DNA of 64,000 nucleotides from Eledone cirrhosa (lineage: Eukaryota), in contig OZ024740.1 in the NCBI GenBank assembly GCA_964016885.1, forward strand, positions 275,900,001-275,964,000. The letters run 5' to 3'. Numbering within the stretch: position 1 is the stretch's first letter; each line of letters opens with the position of its first letter. Below are positions 40,306 to 53,824 of this stretch, one piece after another. The notes under the pieces were generated by a model. That model had not been told where the DNA came from. It saw only the letters and a list, made by a program, of their open reading frames with translations, and did not search any database. The translations under genes were made by a program, and so were the position numbers.

Positions 40306-40310
<5 letters not shown>
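39672..40310. mobile_element. Family F fold-back (~300-bp arms) with hammerheads at 39876-39918 (-) and 40000-40042 (+)
   Basis: Centre TTATGCATAA (39965-39974). Minus HHR: ACAGUG-CUGAUGA-cAGCU..AGCUa-GAAA-CUAG-UU^CAUCGU. Confidence 0.85.
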
Positions 40311-40349
<39 letters not shown>

Positions 40350-40366
40350 TTATTTATATGTGTGTG

Positions 40367-40404
<38 letters not shown>

Positions 40405-40415
40405 GTGTGTGTATG

Positions 40416-40449
<34 letters not shown>

Positions 40450-41519
40450 TGTATGTATGTATGTATGTGTGTATGTATGTATGTATGTGTGTGTGTGTGG
40501 AAAATCGATAATCACGATTACAACAACAGAATAGAAAAATATTTCAAAACAAGACAAGTACAAGAAGAAGAAGAAGAAGAAGAATTTGTGACAAAACCAA
40601 CAATGATGACGATGACTACGACAACAACAATTTCAAGTCAAGCAAGAATATTCTCGAGAAAGTGGAGAGTTTTGTTTCGGTCTCCTGTTCTTTAGCTGGT
40701 AAAACGAAACGCTAAGTAGGTGAGTGCAGTCAGTAGATCTAAAGAAATGCCTACCAATGTAACTAGCTAAAACGTCTTCATAATCATATTTCTTCATTAC
40801 GTAGGTATTTAAAAGGGAACAACTGGTTTCATGTGTCAAAAAGCTAGCTATATATCTCGCCCACTTATTCACTTTCTCTCTCTCTATCACTCTCTCTCTC
40901 TCACTCCCCCCCTCTCTCTCTTTCTCTCTCTCTCTCTCACCCCCCCCCCATTATCTCTCTCTCTCTCATGATCAGATCTTCATATATCTATATCTGTGTG
41001 TAATTTTGCTATTGGTGTGCATGTGTGAGTAAATTGATTGATTGTGTGTGTGAGTGTGCGTGTGGCTAATATAGCAAGTGAAAGATTGTGCTTGTATCAA
41101 ATAGCTAACTCTCTCACTAGTGTGTCTCTTTAATGAGCCAATGTCAATATAATATATGTATGTCTTTGTAGATTAATGTTAATGTGTCTACGCTTGTGTC
41201 TGGCTAAGCTAATACGTATAATAGAGAAATGCTACGAGTGTGCTCACCAAGCCAACTTCCTCACTAACTCGTCTGCCTCTAATGATCTGATGACATGTTC
41301 ATACAATGGAAGCCATTTATCATGATCACTTTAGGATTGAAGCCTTTTCGACTACAACAACAAACTGATAACGTTAAGTAAATAGTCTAGGACTCAATAC
41401 TGTTGATAACAATAACCGGCTGATGACATTATCCGTGATTGTAACAGCGACATCTACAGTACATCATTGTCTGTGTCGATAAATATAAATATGATTGTGA
41501 CTTATATAAAAAGATAGCA

Positions 41520-41729
41520 TCCCAAGAACAGTCTTTCACTGGATACCAAAAGGCAAGCGAAAACGAGCAAAAACCAAATAACACTTGGCACAGAACAGTT
41601 GAGGGAGAGGTGAAGACCTGGCAACACACATGGGATACCATCCAGAAGCGGGCCCAGGACAGACAGGAATGGAAGACCTTCATCGCTGCCCTACATGCCA
41701 GTGGGCATAACGGGCAGTAGTAATAGTAG
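41520..41729 (+). mobile_element. RTE-clade LINE 3' end with (TAG)n tail
   Basis: KRKR..P.NTW.RTVEGE...QKRAQDRQEWKTFIAALHASGHNGQ*. Confidence 0.8.
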
Positions 41730-43855
41730 TATAGCGAGGATACTGGGTGTATGAATGTAACAAAACGAGACAATGTTTGTGTATATAATATTTAATTAAC
41801 GGTAGATAGAATACTTGACATGTCAAAGATAGATGTTAGAATGAAACAAAGTTAGTAGTTACCGTTTTGATTGCCAGGCAAACGCGGCTGGCAGAGGGCG
41901 CCTGGCTAAGGCCAGGCGCCTGTTGGCCAAATTAATGGCAGAGCCAAATGAGAAGACTCTTGACCTGGTGCCGAAAAGGCAAAAAGAGAGAGGAAGCTTA
42001 AAGTTGTTAGTTTTATAGGGCTCTGACCGGAAGTCGCAGAAAGGGTTCCACCTCCCGTCTAGATCCCAATCAAAACAAGGGAGACAACCGCTACATAACC
42101 TCCCGCCAGAATTTTAGTGTATAAAAATCGAAATGAAAATATGTAGCAAGTTGGCGAGAATGTTGTAACAGGCATGGAAAAATCAATGATAGATATCAAG
42201 GTAGCCAACCGCTCTTGGCCAGAGAACGACTGGACATCCATCTATCCATCACCCAAAGATACAATGTAATAAAGTAAAAGTAATAGAAGAGCTCAAAGTT
42301 CAAAATATAGTTCACAGGTGTGCAATCACATGACAGCAGGAAAGAAAGTGTGTTCCAGAGAATGAATGCAGGTGGTTTCTGTTCTGTGGTATATCGTGAA
42401 ATTTCCAACCTCCGAATGGATTTTCTCACAGGAAGAGTGCTGCAAAAATGAATTCTCTGGCTTTGGTGAAGCTGTATTGATGTATTGCTGTTGCTGCTGC
42501 TGTTGTCTCGCTGAGTGAGCGTATTCGGTGTTTAAATTCACAGTAAAAAAATTTTTTTTAGAAAAAAATGAGTTGCGCAAAGTGCTAGAAATAGCAGCCG
42601 AAGTTGATGGTCGATGTTGAGAATGCGTTGACCTGGAAGGGTCAAGAGGCCAGCGACCAGAGAAATAAGCATTCTTAATAAATGCGCGGTTATCAACTGT
42701 AAATTTACATTGTAAATCTATAAACCGGCAAATAGAAGAATATAGCTTAAGGCTGAAGAATCCTTGGGGGAGAAATGCTATCTCTGGCGTGCGGCTGTCT
42801 GTGAGTAGAGACATCTCAGTGAATCGAGAATTTATGCTGCCTACACGTGCCAATACAAGGTTGAAAAAAAATATTTCTAACGCGCGAGAAAATGATAGTG
42901 CAATTTTGAATGTGACAATGATGAAAAAGAAAGGCTTCAATCAGCATAATTATAGGTGTGAACTTTGGAAAAAAACAAAAAACTTGAACAATGAAGAAAA
43001 CGATGAACAAAAGGCAATGGTTCATCGAAAATAAATGTTCCTGTTGAAATGTTTTTTAAAGAATATCAAATTTCTTTTTTTTTTTTGTGTTTTGAAAGAG
43101 TTCGTTGTAAGAAACGAGAAACATATATATATATCGTGAAATGTTTTTTTTTGTTTTGAAAGTGTTCGTTGTAAGAAACGAGAAACATATATATATATCG
43201 TGAAATGTTTTTTTTTGTTTTGAAAGTGTTCGTTGTAAGAAACGAGAAACATCTATATATATATTGGTGAAATGCGACAGTTAATTGATGCGTGAGAGAA
43301 AAAGTATGTCTGTGCGAATTCCACATGTGCGTGTGTGCGTGTGCTTGAGTATTTTCATAGTTTGTCGCTAAATTTGCTGTGTATTCGTAATGTTACTCAC
43401 AAAACCAGATGTGCTATTTTTTTCTTTTTTTGGGGGTGACCACTTATAGCGATGAACGGCTGCGTGTTCGTATCACGTCAGGGTTACCAATATAGCGAAA
43501 TTACTGGTGTATGAATGTAACAAACCGAGACATGGTTTGTGTATATAATATTTAATTAACGGTAGATAGAATACTTGACATGTCAAAGATAGATGTTAGA
43601 ATGAAACAAAGTTAGTAGTTACCGTTTTGATTGCCAGGCAAACGCGGCTGGCAGAGGGCGCCTGGCTAAGGCCAGGCGCCTGTTGGCCAAATTAATGGCA
43701 GAGCCAAATGAGAAGACTCTTGACCTGGTGCCGAAAAGGCAAAAAGAGAGAGGAAGCTTAAAGTTGTTAGTTTTATAGGGCTCTGACCGGAAGTCGCAGA
43801 AAGGGTTCCACCTCCCGTCTAGATCCCAATCAAAACAAGGGAGACAACCGCTACA
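41730..43855 (-). mobile_element. Non-autonomous LTR retrotransposon (Gypsy-like, TRIM/LARD type)
   Basis: LTRs at 41730-42095 and 43491-43855 (TATAGCG...CGCTACA); 4-bp TSD GTAG; tRNA-Trp PBS TGGTAACCCTGACGTGAT next to the right LTR; PPT GGCGGGAGG at about 42099-42107 (minus); 1.4-kb internal region without pol motifs, with a 3x ~62-bp tandem at 43075-43270. Confidence 0.9.
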
Positions 43856-44712
43856 GTAGTTATATAGAAAGAATATGTATCTGAGTAGCTCTTTGGTAGT
43901 GGAAACGAGAGACTGAGAATGGCCAAGAGAGATTCCTCATTCACTCTCTCCCAACAAAGTATATTTAATAAGCCGATATTATATATAAACTAACATAGTT
44001 CCCTTCAAAATAACCGAGTTTGTAGTGAAAAAATATTTAATTTAATAATTCCTAAATTACAACAATCTGTGTAAAGATGCTTGAAACTTCGACGTTTCTT
44101 GATCTTCTTGTCACTACGGCCATTTCTATATTTCATGCCTTTTATTTCATTTGAAGCATTTACAACAATTTTCCTCTATATTCCCGTTAATCATTATCAA
44201 ACACTATCAGAAAAACCACCCTACGAGTGGTTTTCTGCTAGCATGTGTAGTGTGTATATTGATATTATACACAAATATATATGCATGTAGATATGATACA
44301 TCAAATAAAATCGTAATTGACAATATACACAGAAATTGAACGAAGTCTATGTTACACTGTCTTCTGTAATCAGTAACGTAATCCATGATACATTTAAAAA
44401 AAGACGATATTATATATAAACTGCATTAGGAGAAAATTAGCGACGGAAATATATGCGATATTTTTCTAAGTGTTATAATATAACGGCCGCTAACCGGAAG
44501 TGTTGACATTTGAAAATTTTAAAGAAGTGAATTTGAAAGGTCTTTAAATAAGCTATAAAATAGATTTAATCAACAGCCACGAAATTTAGCACATAAATTA
44601 TGTAACAGTCATTCATTATTTATTCAAAGTAATCCAATTTATTTTACTAACGGGGTAAAAAAATATATTCTGGACGCAATCCCGCACTCCTTTCTTTATT
44701 ATAGTTTAGATA

Positions 44713-44927
44713 TAGGGTGTATCAAAGAGAATCATCCGATTTTATTTACAATTTTTACAAATGCTCAATATGTAAATTACTTTATAAACAGTTATAAACA
44801 TTAAAAGAGAAAAAAAATAATACTTTATATTCAGACATGTATTGTACGAATTACCGTTTGATTATATTATATGGTCATTTGTTTAAGAAATACAGCCTTT
44901 GGAATATAGCCTTTTTGATACACACTG
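44713..44927. mobile_element. Tc1/mariner-type MITE
   Basis: TA-flanked TIRs TAGGGTGTATCAAAGA / TTTTTGATACACACTG. Confidence 0.65.
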
Positions 44928-45859
44928 TATACACACTAAATTACAATGACTTTGTTCTATCTAAAGAAGGTGAGAATGGAGAGAGTGGTGTTACACCCCT
45001 GTAAATTCGCTGAAAGGTGGGTGAATGTGGCGAAAATGGCCCAAGTGAATGGGCCTTCTCTGTATATAAACCTGTAGGTTGAGGAAGACAAACAGAGGAA
45101 AGACGGGAAAACCTACAAAACGTGTTCCTGGTGTTGAGGGTTGTTCTATACAACCCCGCTGTAACATTCCCCCCTATTGGGGATTTCGATTGTTTTATTT
45201 TGTATATAGTTTATTGTTATCCATTATTATTGATAAAGATTTTTATGTAAAACCCACGCCGTCACGTGTTGTAATGTTCCATTTTTGTACGCCCTCGTGG
45301 CAAAAAAAGAAATCTATCTATCTATTTATCTATCTATATATATATCTAAAGTGCTCCTGGTGTTAAGGGTTGTTCTACCTACGGGAGTGCCAAACAACCA
45401 CGCAGTAACGTTCCCCCCTATTGGAGATTTCGACTATTATTTTATTTTATATATAGTTTATTGTTATTTATTAAAGTTAAAGTTGTAAAATTTTTATGTA
45501 AAACCCCCGCCGTCATGTCTTGTAATTTCCCATTTTTTGTACGCCCTTGTCTATCTATCTATTTTCAGGAGTTGTGCTTTATTGTTGTACTTATTGTTAG
45601 TCTTGTTGGAAGATAGATAGGTCGGTAAACAGACGGATATGTACGTATAAAGACGGGTCTTGTCAGAAGCAGCCATCTCCGATTGATCAGCCTGGTTCCC
45701 CAAACAAGACAAGCCAAGCTCATCATGTTATCCAATCATCTTGCTTGTGGTCTACCACTGGATCAACTGCCGGTTGGTTTTACACGTAAAATGCTCTTCT
45801 ATTTCTATGAAACAGGTTGTATTGGACGACATGATACTTCTAGCAGGCAGAGACCTGAC

Positions 45860-46117
<258 letters not shown>

Positions 46118-46974
46118 ACATATATATTTATATATATATATTTATATATATACACAGAGAGAGGGAGAGAAAGAGAAAGAACGCGAGAGAGATGGATGCA
46201 CGCACGCATATTTCTACGGACATTCATCAAACAAACATATTTTGTATATATATTTACGTCTACATTATTTATGTTATTATTTGATCGGAGTTCAAATCCT
46301 ACCAACTTTTTTTTTACACTCTTCTAGACTTTAAACTTATTTGATTTCACTGCTTTTCTTTTGCTACAAATCTTAGGCTTCTTACCTTTGAGAGATATCA
46401 TGATTGTTGTTGTAGATGACATTGGCCTGTGTCGAAAGCCTGCCAAGTTCAACTGTTTAACTTCACCACCACCAGTCTGGTGTTGGCGAATGTCTACCAG
46501 TAATATACTGATTGTCGATTCAATCAGCTATTTTACTTCCCTACAAATTTATGAACTTGTGCCAAAGAAAAAATTATTTTGTTGATGATGATGATGATGA
46601 TGATGTTCTTTTTGCTTTCTTTTCTTTTTTTTCTTTCTTGAATTTTCTTTCTCCTTCATTTTTCTTTTCTTTTATTTCATGGTTTTCCTTTGGGGGACGA
46701 TGTCTAATTAATAACCTTTTTGAAGTTTCTCGAACGTTCGCAAAAAATGAAATTCCCTTGAGGCAAATGTTTGGCAACATACATGCACGATAGTTGGTAT
46801 GGCATGTTTTGTATTGTATAAGGTGGAGTCACTTAGCATATCATCGGAGACTCTATTTTACCCGTTTCAGATATTTTGGGTGTGTTCACGGGAACGTCCC
46901 AGCATGACGTCATTTTTGTTTTCTTTTGGCATACATATTCTGCGTCTCTAAATTTCTCTTATCACCATTAACTT

Positions 46975-47306
46975 ACTTTACACCCACCGTCACCTTATAC
47001 CTGTCTACCTCATTCTCAAAGCCTAACTCCACTTTACACCCACAGTTACCTTATACCTGTCTACCTCAATCTCAAAGCCTAACTCCACTTTACACCCACA
47101 ATTACCTTATACCTGTCTACCTCATTCTCAAAGCCTAACTCCACACCCACAGTTACCTTATACCCGTCTACCTCATTCTCGAAGCCAAACTCCACTTTAC
47201 ACTCACAGTTACCTTATACCTGTCTACCTCATTCTCAAAGCCTAACTCCATTTTACACTCACAGTTACCTTATACCTGTCTACCCTGTCTACCTCATTCT
47301 CAAAGT
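46975..47306 (+). repeat. Minisatellite, about six 56-bp units
   Basis: Unit CTCCACTTTACACCCACAGTTACCTTATACCTGTCTACCTCATTCTCAAAGCCTAA. Confidence 0.92.
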
Positions 47307-48990
47307 CTATTTATCCCACGCGCCTAATTATAATGTTCACTCAGTTTACCCACAATCCTACCCTCTGACGTGTGCCTTTACAGCTCTATTTTAATAATCT
47401 ACTTACTTTCCACCCTTAATCTACCAGATCCCTTACTCTTATATGTTTATCTATCTTTCATTTGTGACCTATCAATCCAACTGTTTCGACTAAACTTCAT
47501 TTTTTATATCTTATTTATCTACAAGTTACGACGTCGTCTACATCTCATCCTACTTCATCTACCCTATATAGTTGTACCAGATTAATCCAACATTCTCTAG
47601 TTACCTCATGCACTTTCCCCACACTTAGCTATCTGCCTTTTTTACTTACACTCTTACGCCTTTTATTTATCTTACCCCCTACAAAATAGCTTAGTGAGTA
47701 GGTTATTAGACTATTAGTGCGGGGTTCGTTCATTCAAATCGGCCGCCATTCTATCATTGTGTTTCTAAATAACATATTTCAATCAAGATCAGTAAGAAAT
47801 ATGTTTTAGATTTCCGGCGAAACGATCATTAGAATTCCACTGGTAACAAAACTTCATGTAGATGATTTTATGTACCCACCTAGTATTCCACAACAAAACT
47901 CACTATTATATGACATTACATAGGATTGTATTCTTTCATCCAGTATTCTATTGTTTTATGCAATGAGTCATAACTTCTGATGGACCCGTAGGGGCATTGT
48001 AATGATACACGGTATGTCTTGGTCATTTCCAAACCTGATGGAACCCATTTCTTCTCTAAATCAGAACACAGCCGATTTCCTCCAGAGAAGAAGCGGGAGA
48101 GAGTGTATGTGTGTGATAGAGAGCAAGTGAGGAGATATAGTGGAGGAATCGACTCCAGTACTCAACTGGTATTTTTTTTTTATAGACATCGCATTGATGA
48201 ATGGCAATATTGACCGCGGTGGATTTTTAACTCCCAGCATGGAGAGCCGATAGGAATACTACAAAGTATTCCTATCGGCTCTATTCCGTACTAAGTATTT
48301 TATTACCTTTCCCTATAATCTTGCTCAAAGTTATTTACACTCCACAATAGCAGGGTCTCCAAGAGAAAATTAAAGGGGAGAATATGACTGCTTTTGGATT
48401 CCGTAAAAGGATGGCTGCACTTCCCAGAATTTGAAAGCATTTTTTGGTGGGCTGTCATATATTGATGGTCCTCATTTAAGATCTCCCGAACGATGTACCT
48501 ACATGACTCCTTTCTTATCAGGTGAAAGAGCACACCATGCACATCAATAAGCACAATCTTTCCATCACCCTTGCCAGATCAACCTGGTTGCCTTCCAGGC
48601 ATTCTCGCGTGGCTTCTGAGAGGATTCTAAAGCTAGGATTATAAGCATCAACCCTCGAGGCAAATCGAATCTAAGTCAGAAAGAACCACATTTTGTGTAG
48701 AGAGTCACTATAATAAGTTTTGCTGTAACTCATATTTAACACTTCTGGCTTGGACGAATTAAACTCAAATCTGATGAGCGATAGTATTGGAATGATGATC
48801 TGAAGGTCGTCAATAATAGGCAGCAAAACCGTTCAGTGTCGCGTAATCCTAATATCAGAGATTGAACGGCGAATGAATTGAGTTATCAATGTTGTCGTTA
48901 GCCAAAGCGAAGAAACGCTGGCCACCTGTGTCAGATGTTGTTTCCAGAAATTGTGTTACCTTCACCACTATATATCTGCTCTAATACTTA

Positions 48991-49312
48991 CGCATGGCTT
49001 AGTGGTTAGAGCGTTGGTCTTGCAGTCGTGAGTTCGAGTCTCAAACAGGCTGATGCATTGTGTCCTTGAGCAAGACACTTCATTTCACGTTGTTCCAGTT
49101 TACTCACCTGTATAAATGAGCTGCGACGTCACTGGCGCCAAGCTGTAGCGGCTATAGCCTTTCCCTTGGACAACAAGTGTGACGTGGAGACGGAAGACCG
49201 GTATTAATGGGTGACTACTGGTCTTCCACAAACAACTTTACCTGAAGTTGTGCCTCGGAAGGGAACTTTCTTGGTGCAAATCCCATTGTCATTTGTGACT
49301 GAAAGGGTCTTT
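48991..49312 (+). mobile_element. Second tRNA-derived SINE family with CORE-like domain
   Basis: A-box TGGCTTAGTGGTTAGAGCG, B-box GAGTTCGAGTC, CORE-like TGTGTCCTTGAGCAAGACACTT. Confidence 0.75.
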
Positions 49313-49486
49313 TAAAATACTTAGCCAACTTACTGGTGTATTTCTCATCAAACTTCATTGATTCCCACGTCTGTTTACCTTCCTCTCTAACTTTGCTTAA
49401 TTATCTCATTTAATCGACACACTTTCCTACCTGACTATTTACCAACTACCTACATACCTACTTTTTTGTGTTTGTATACGTCTTTG

Positions 49487-49618
<132 letters not shown>

Positions 49619-51212
49619 CTACAATATGGTCACTCAAACACATGCACGCATACTCACACATAGACCAACACGTACGTGTGCTTCTACTTACACACACACA
49701 CACACACACATACAATAACACGGGCGCATGCTCACATACTCACACACACATATATACATACATATGTACCCAGACGCTCACGTACTCAAATACTTACCTT
49801 AGCTTCTAACCTCGATTCGTACCCTACTGGGTCTCTCCCTCCCTATTTCTTATGCACGCTCCTCAATATCCCAACCCTACCACTCTGCACAATGGCTGGC
49901 TCTTCAAACCAACTGACGTAGTCTCCACCACCTCCACTTGTTTCTCTACCTCCTCCTTTCCTCCCGCCATACCATCTTATCTTATTATTCCATCTCCTCC
50001 GTCTTCTTCTTCACTATTTCTTCTCTCTCACATACAGCCTCACCACCACCATCACCACCATGCACCACTATTACACGACTTTGCTGTGGTATTTTATGTC
50101 TTTCTCCCCCTCTCTCCTCCTCTCTCCACTTAATAATGTTATGGCTGTCTCACTTAACCCTTGACTAAGCTGTAACTATGTTAATTGACACACACCCTCT
50201 CTCTCTTTCTTTCTCTCTACATAGCAGATAAATGGTGATGATGGAATAAACAGTTACGGTGGCAAACAGTGGTAACAATAACCACAACAATAGCAGCAAC
50301 AACAATTAAAAGCAGTTGTAACAATAACAATAACATCAATAACAATTAAAAGCAGTTGTACCAGCAACAATAACAACAATAAAAAATAACAGCAAAAAAT
50401 ATAACAACAGTAATTACAGCAAGAGCAACGACAGCAGCAATAACAGCAACAACACTCAAAAGCAGTTGTAACAACAACAGCAACAAAGGTAACACCAATA
50501 ATAGCTGCAAATATAAGCAAACGAAACACACCAGCAAGAGTATCAACAAGAAGCGAGCCTCTATGTGGTCATCCAATCCTCGAGAAATATAAGCAGAATT
50601 TCGTTCACTTTACGCTCGACAGCATTGTTTCTCAATATTTTTACCCTTGTGGAAACCTTGAAATAGTTTTCATGTCTCAGCGAACCCCTGCATAAAGATT
50701 ATTATATATCATTATTATGGGTAATGATCTATTTTTAAATAATAAATATGAGGTTGAAACCTATATTATAATAATCAAGGGTTTTCCAACTATATTCCAT
50801 ACGTGTATAATAAAACTATGGATATAAAATTTAGTAAGAGTTACTCAAAGATGCATTAGCTTATTTATCAGTGTTTCTCGCGGAACTGCTAGCGACCTCT
50901 TGCGGAACACTAGGGTTACGAGGAAACGCTGCTCTACGGTCTTGATAATAGAGGATCACATGGGAGGATATCATTCTAGCGAGGTCGAATGCATAGTCAT
51001 GGATTTGATCCTGGATTTGATCCATAGTCAGGTCTTTGATCCTGGATTTGTTCAGTTAGTGGAAGAAAATAGGTATAAGAATAATAGTGATAGTAAGTGA
51101 GGTTACACAATAACAATAATAACTGTCATATGTACATGATAATAAACAGATCTTGTATGCTATAGAGATTAGTCGATTAGACAAGAAAAAAACCTAGGCA
51201 CTTTAGGACATT

Positions 51213-51960
51213 ATCCCGCCGAGGGTAACTTTACCTTTCATACTTATGGGGTCGGTAAAATAAAGTACCAGTAATGCACTGGGATAATTGCTAGCCTTGT
51301 GCCAAAAGTAGAAACAATTATTCTTTTAACGAAGTCTGAAATGATGAAAGGCAAAAGAACCTTCGGCGTTATTTGGACTCAGAAGAGCGGTGGATTGGCA
51401 GTATCGTTAGAACGTCGGACAGATTGCTTTGCTGTATTTAGTTACGACGTTCTACGTACTGAGTTCAAATCCCGTCGAGGTCAAATTTAGCTTTCATCCT
51501 TCTGGGGTCGAAAAAATAAAGCACCAGTTAAGTATTGAGGTCGACTTTCTCATTTTCCCCAGAATTGCTGGCTTTGTGCCTAAATTATAAATCGTTATTC
51601 GAATTCAATAATTACAGAAATATAATTGAGCATCAGGAGAGCACTAGAAAGTATTCATAGCTCTAGCAGAAAATGATCTCTCACTATGGCACATCAACCG
51701 AGAAACTGTAGTACTATGTGTAACAAACGAGTAACTAAACAGACTGCATAGAGCCCATTATTGCTGGTTCAACTTTACATGTTCATAATACCAAATAAGG
51801 TGGCGAATTGGCTGAGTCGTTAAAACATCGGATAGAATGCGTTGTGGTATTTATTCCGGCTCTCTGGTTTCTCTGAGTTCAAATCCTGCCCGGGTCAACA
51901 TTGCCTTTCATCCTTTCGAGGTCGATAAAAAAGTACCAGTCTAGTACTGGTGTCGATTCT
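51213..51960 (+). mobile_element. Three tRNA-derived SINE copies (main family, diverged)
   Basis: Consensus matches at about 51213-51320, 51385-51600 and 51798-51960. Confidence 0.85.
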
Positions 51961-52439
51961 TCCTCTCTTTATCTCTTTTTCACTTCCTCTCTGTCACCTT
52001 CTAACCTTCTTTGGAAGAAATCTGCTGTACTCAGCCCTAGAGAGGGATGGACTCCACCAGGGTAAGACGCCCAAGAAATGCTGTGGGTCACTACGGCGCC
52101 CTACGACTCCACTAGAAGTTACAGGACCTTACCATACCAATACCAAATACCAGTTCAGTTGTAAGAGATGCACACCAACTTGAGAATTCCTTTAATCTTG
52201 GCTACAGTTCAATGTAACATATATCGAGGCTGATCGAGTCAAAAGTGATAATCAACAATAGTTAACAATAGAGTGTATGTAAGATATCGAGCAACCTGAG
52301 AAAGAGAAATGGGAAAGGAGTATAGTTAGTGTCCGTAATATTTGTAGACTCTCTATCTCTGTCGAGATCGATAAGTCTAGTGTTGAGGATCAAGGTTTCT
52401 GAAAGTCGAACAGCTGTAGGATAAATGAATACAGAGAAA

Positions 52440-52650
52440 GTATCGCAAAAGATTGCAGTTTAAAGGAAAAAGGACTGGGCAGGGAGCTTTATTCGGAATC
52501 TAAGCAAATCACGATAAGGATGGTGAGAAAAAGCTAATAGATTAGAATATCGGGTGATATTTGGAGAGACGTGTAACTTACTCGAGCAGTCATAAACGAA
52601 GCAATGTAACTGCTGTGGTAGGAGAGAGAAAGAAAAGAAATTTCGTTAAT
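52440..52650 (-). mobile_element. Very degenerate CR1/Jockey-like LINE 3' fragment
   Basis: Minus-strand traces of LSLF..YH.S and .NKLP...FP..NL motifs. Confidence 0.3.
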
Positions 52651-53202
52651 GAGTTACATATTCTAGTGTATTGTAGCGTGCATCTTTGAAATAAAATTAT
52701 TGGTGTTGTTATTGGATGACGTCTAGAATGTTTTAAAGAGGTTTAACAACTGATCTTTATACGTATTCTGGTCCCATTGAATATTAAATATCTTCACTAT
52801 TGATTATTTGATCCTTCAACATTTTGCGACTCACTTCCTTTGATTGTAGTTTTAAGTCCTGTCATCTTATTGAAACAATGGGATATCAGTGAAAACTCTA
52901 ACTCTGTGTAGTCAGATAACTAAGTTAATCATACAATGAAGTGGTGACCCTTAGCAATTATAAAACCTGCAAGAGGTTCTGATATCAACACTGCAAAGCG
53001 AACAAAACACTTACTAATTTTTACAGTAGTTTCACTACTTAGAGCGGGTAACTATTTCACCTGGTTGTTGTTGTTACTGTTTCTATTGCTATTAATCATA
53101 GGCCCGATAGATCAGATCTGTCATCAAAGAAATTCTGAGACCATCACAGCTTTTCCCAATGAGTGGGAGACAATGGGCAACATTATCAACGCTTATCACA
53201 GA

Positions 53203-53765
53203 CTAGCATTAAAGCCCGGCGTTGCTCGGGGTCAGTAAGTTACCAAAGTTAGGTTGCACCACCCATTTTATGGCAGCACTTTTCTGTCTGCCAGGCACTG
53301 GGTGAATGAATTGTAGACCTGGACTGCCGAAGCAGGAGCTGCACCAGCAGTGACAATTGTAGTTTCGCCTATGGATATTATCTCTGTGCAAAGAAGTGTT
53401 GAAATTTATTGTTTCACAGTACTTGCGCAACACGCGCGTAGACGATGCCAGCCGAACAACAGAGCTGCGATGGAGTTGTTCTGCATGGTTGTCTAATGTG
53501 TGTTTTCTAAATTTAAGACAGTAGGGAGGGGTGTGATATGGGGGAGAGTTAGCTGCTGTTTCTAGCAGGTTTAGTGACTTCATAGAGGATATTATTGTGT
53601 ATAGTAAATAAACTGATACTTCTTTCTTCCACGTTCGTTGAGAGATGTTTTAAAAAAGATTTATCGCTATTTCTTTTTGTTGTTGAATAAATTTATCTGT
53701 TGCTTTTGAATAATTGTTGTCATTGAAGTAAATAAATGTTTGACCGTTCCACACTCAAAAACAAA

Positions 53766-53824
<59 letters not shown>

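Noticed and set aside
35882-40695. Many 60-200-aa ORFs rich in YI/IY, HT or CV repeats (also near 22.8, 45.7, 49.5, 55.3, 58.7 and 60 kb)
   Set aside because: Translations of (TA)n and (CA)n microsatellites, which have stop-free frames.
43438-43489. tRNA-Trp gene
   Set aside because: Lacks the anticodon arm, encodes CCA and abuts an LTR, so it is a primer-binding site.
46975-47306. Regular repeat array considered as a CRISPR
   Set aside because: No unique spacers; eukaryotic minisatellite.
48300-48900. Possible decayed LINE endonuclease on the minus strand
   Set aside because: Motifs too weak to support a call without a profile search.
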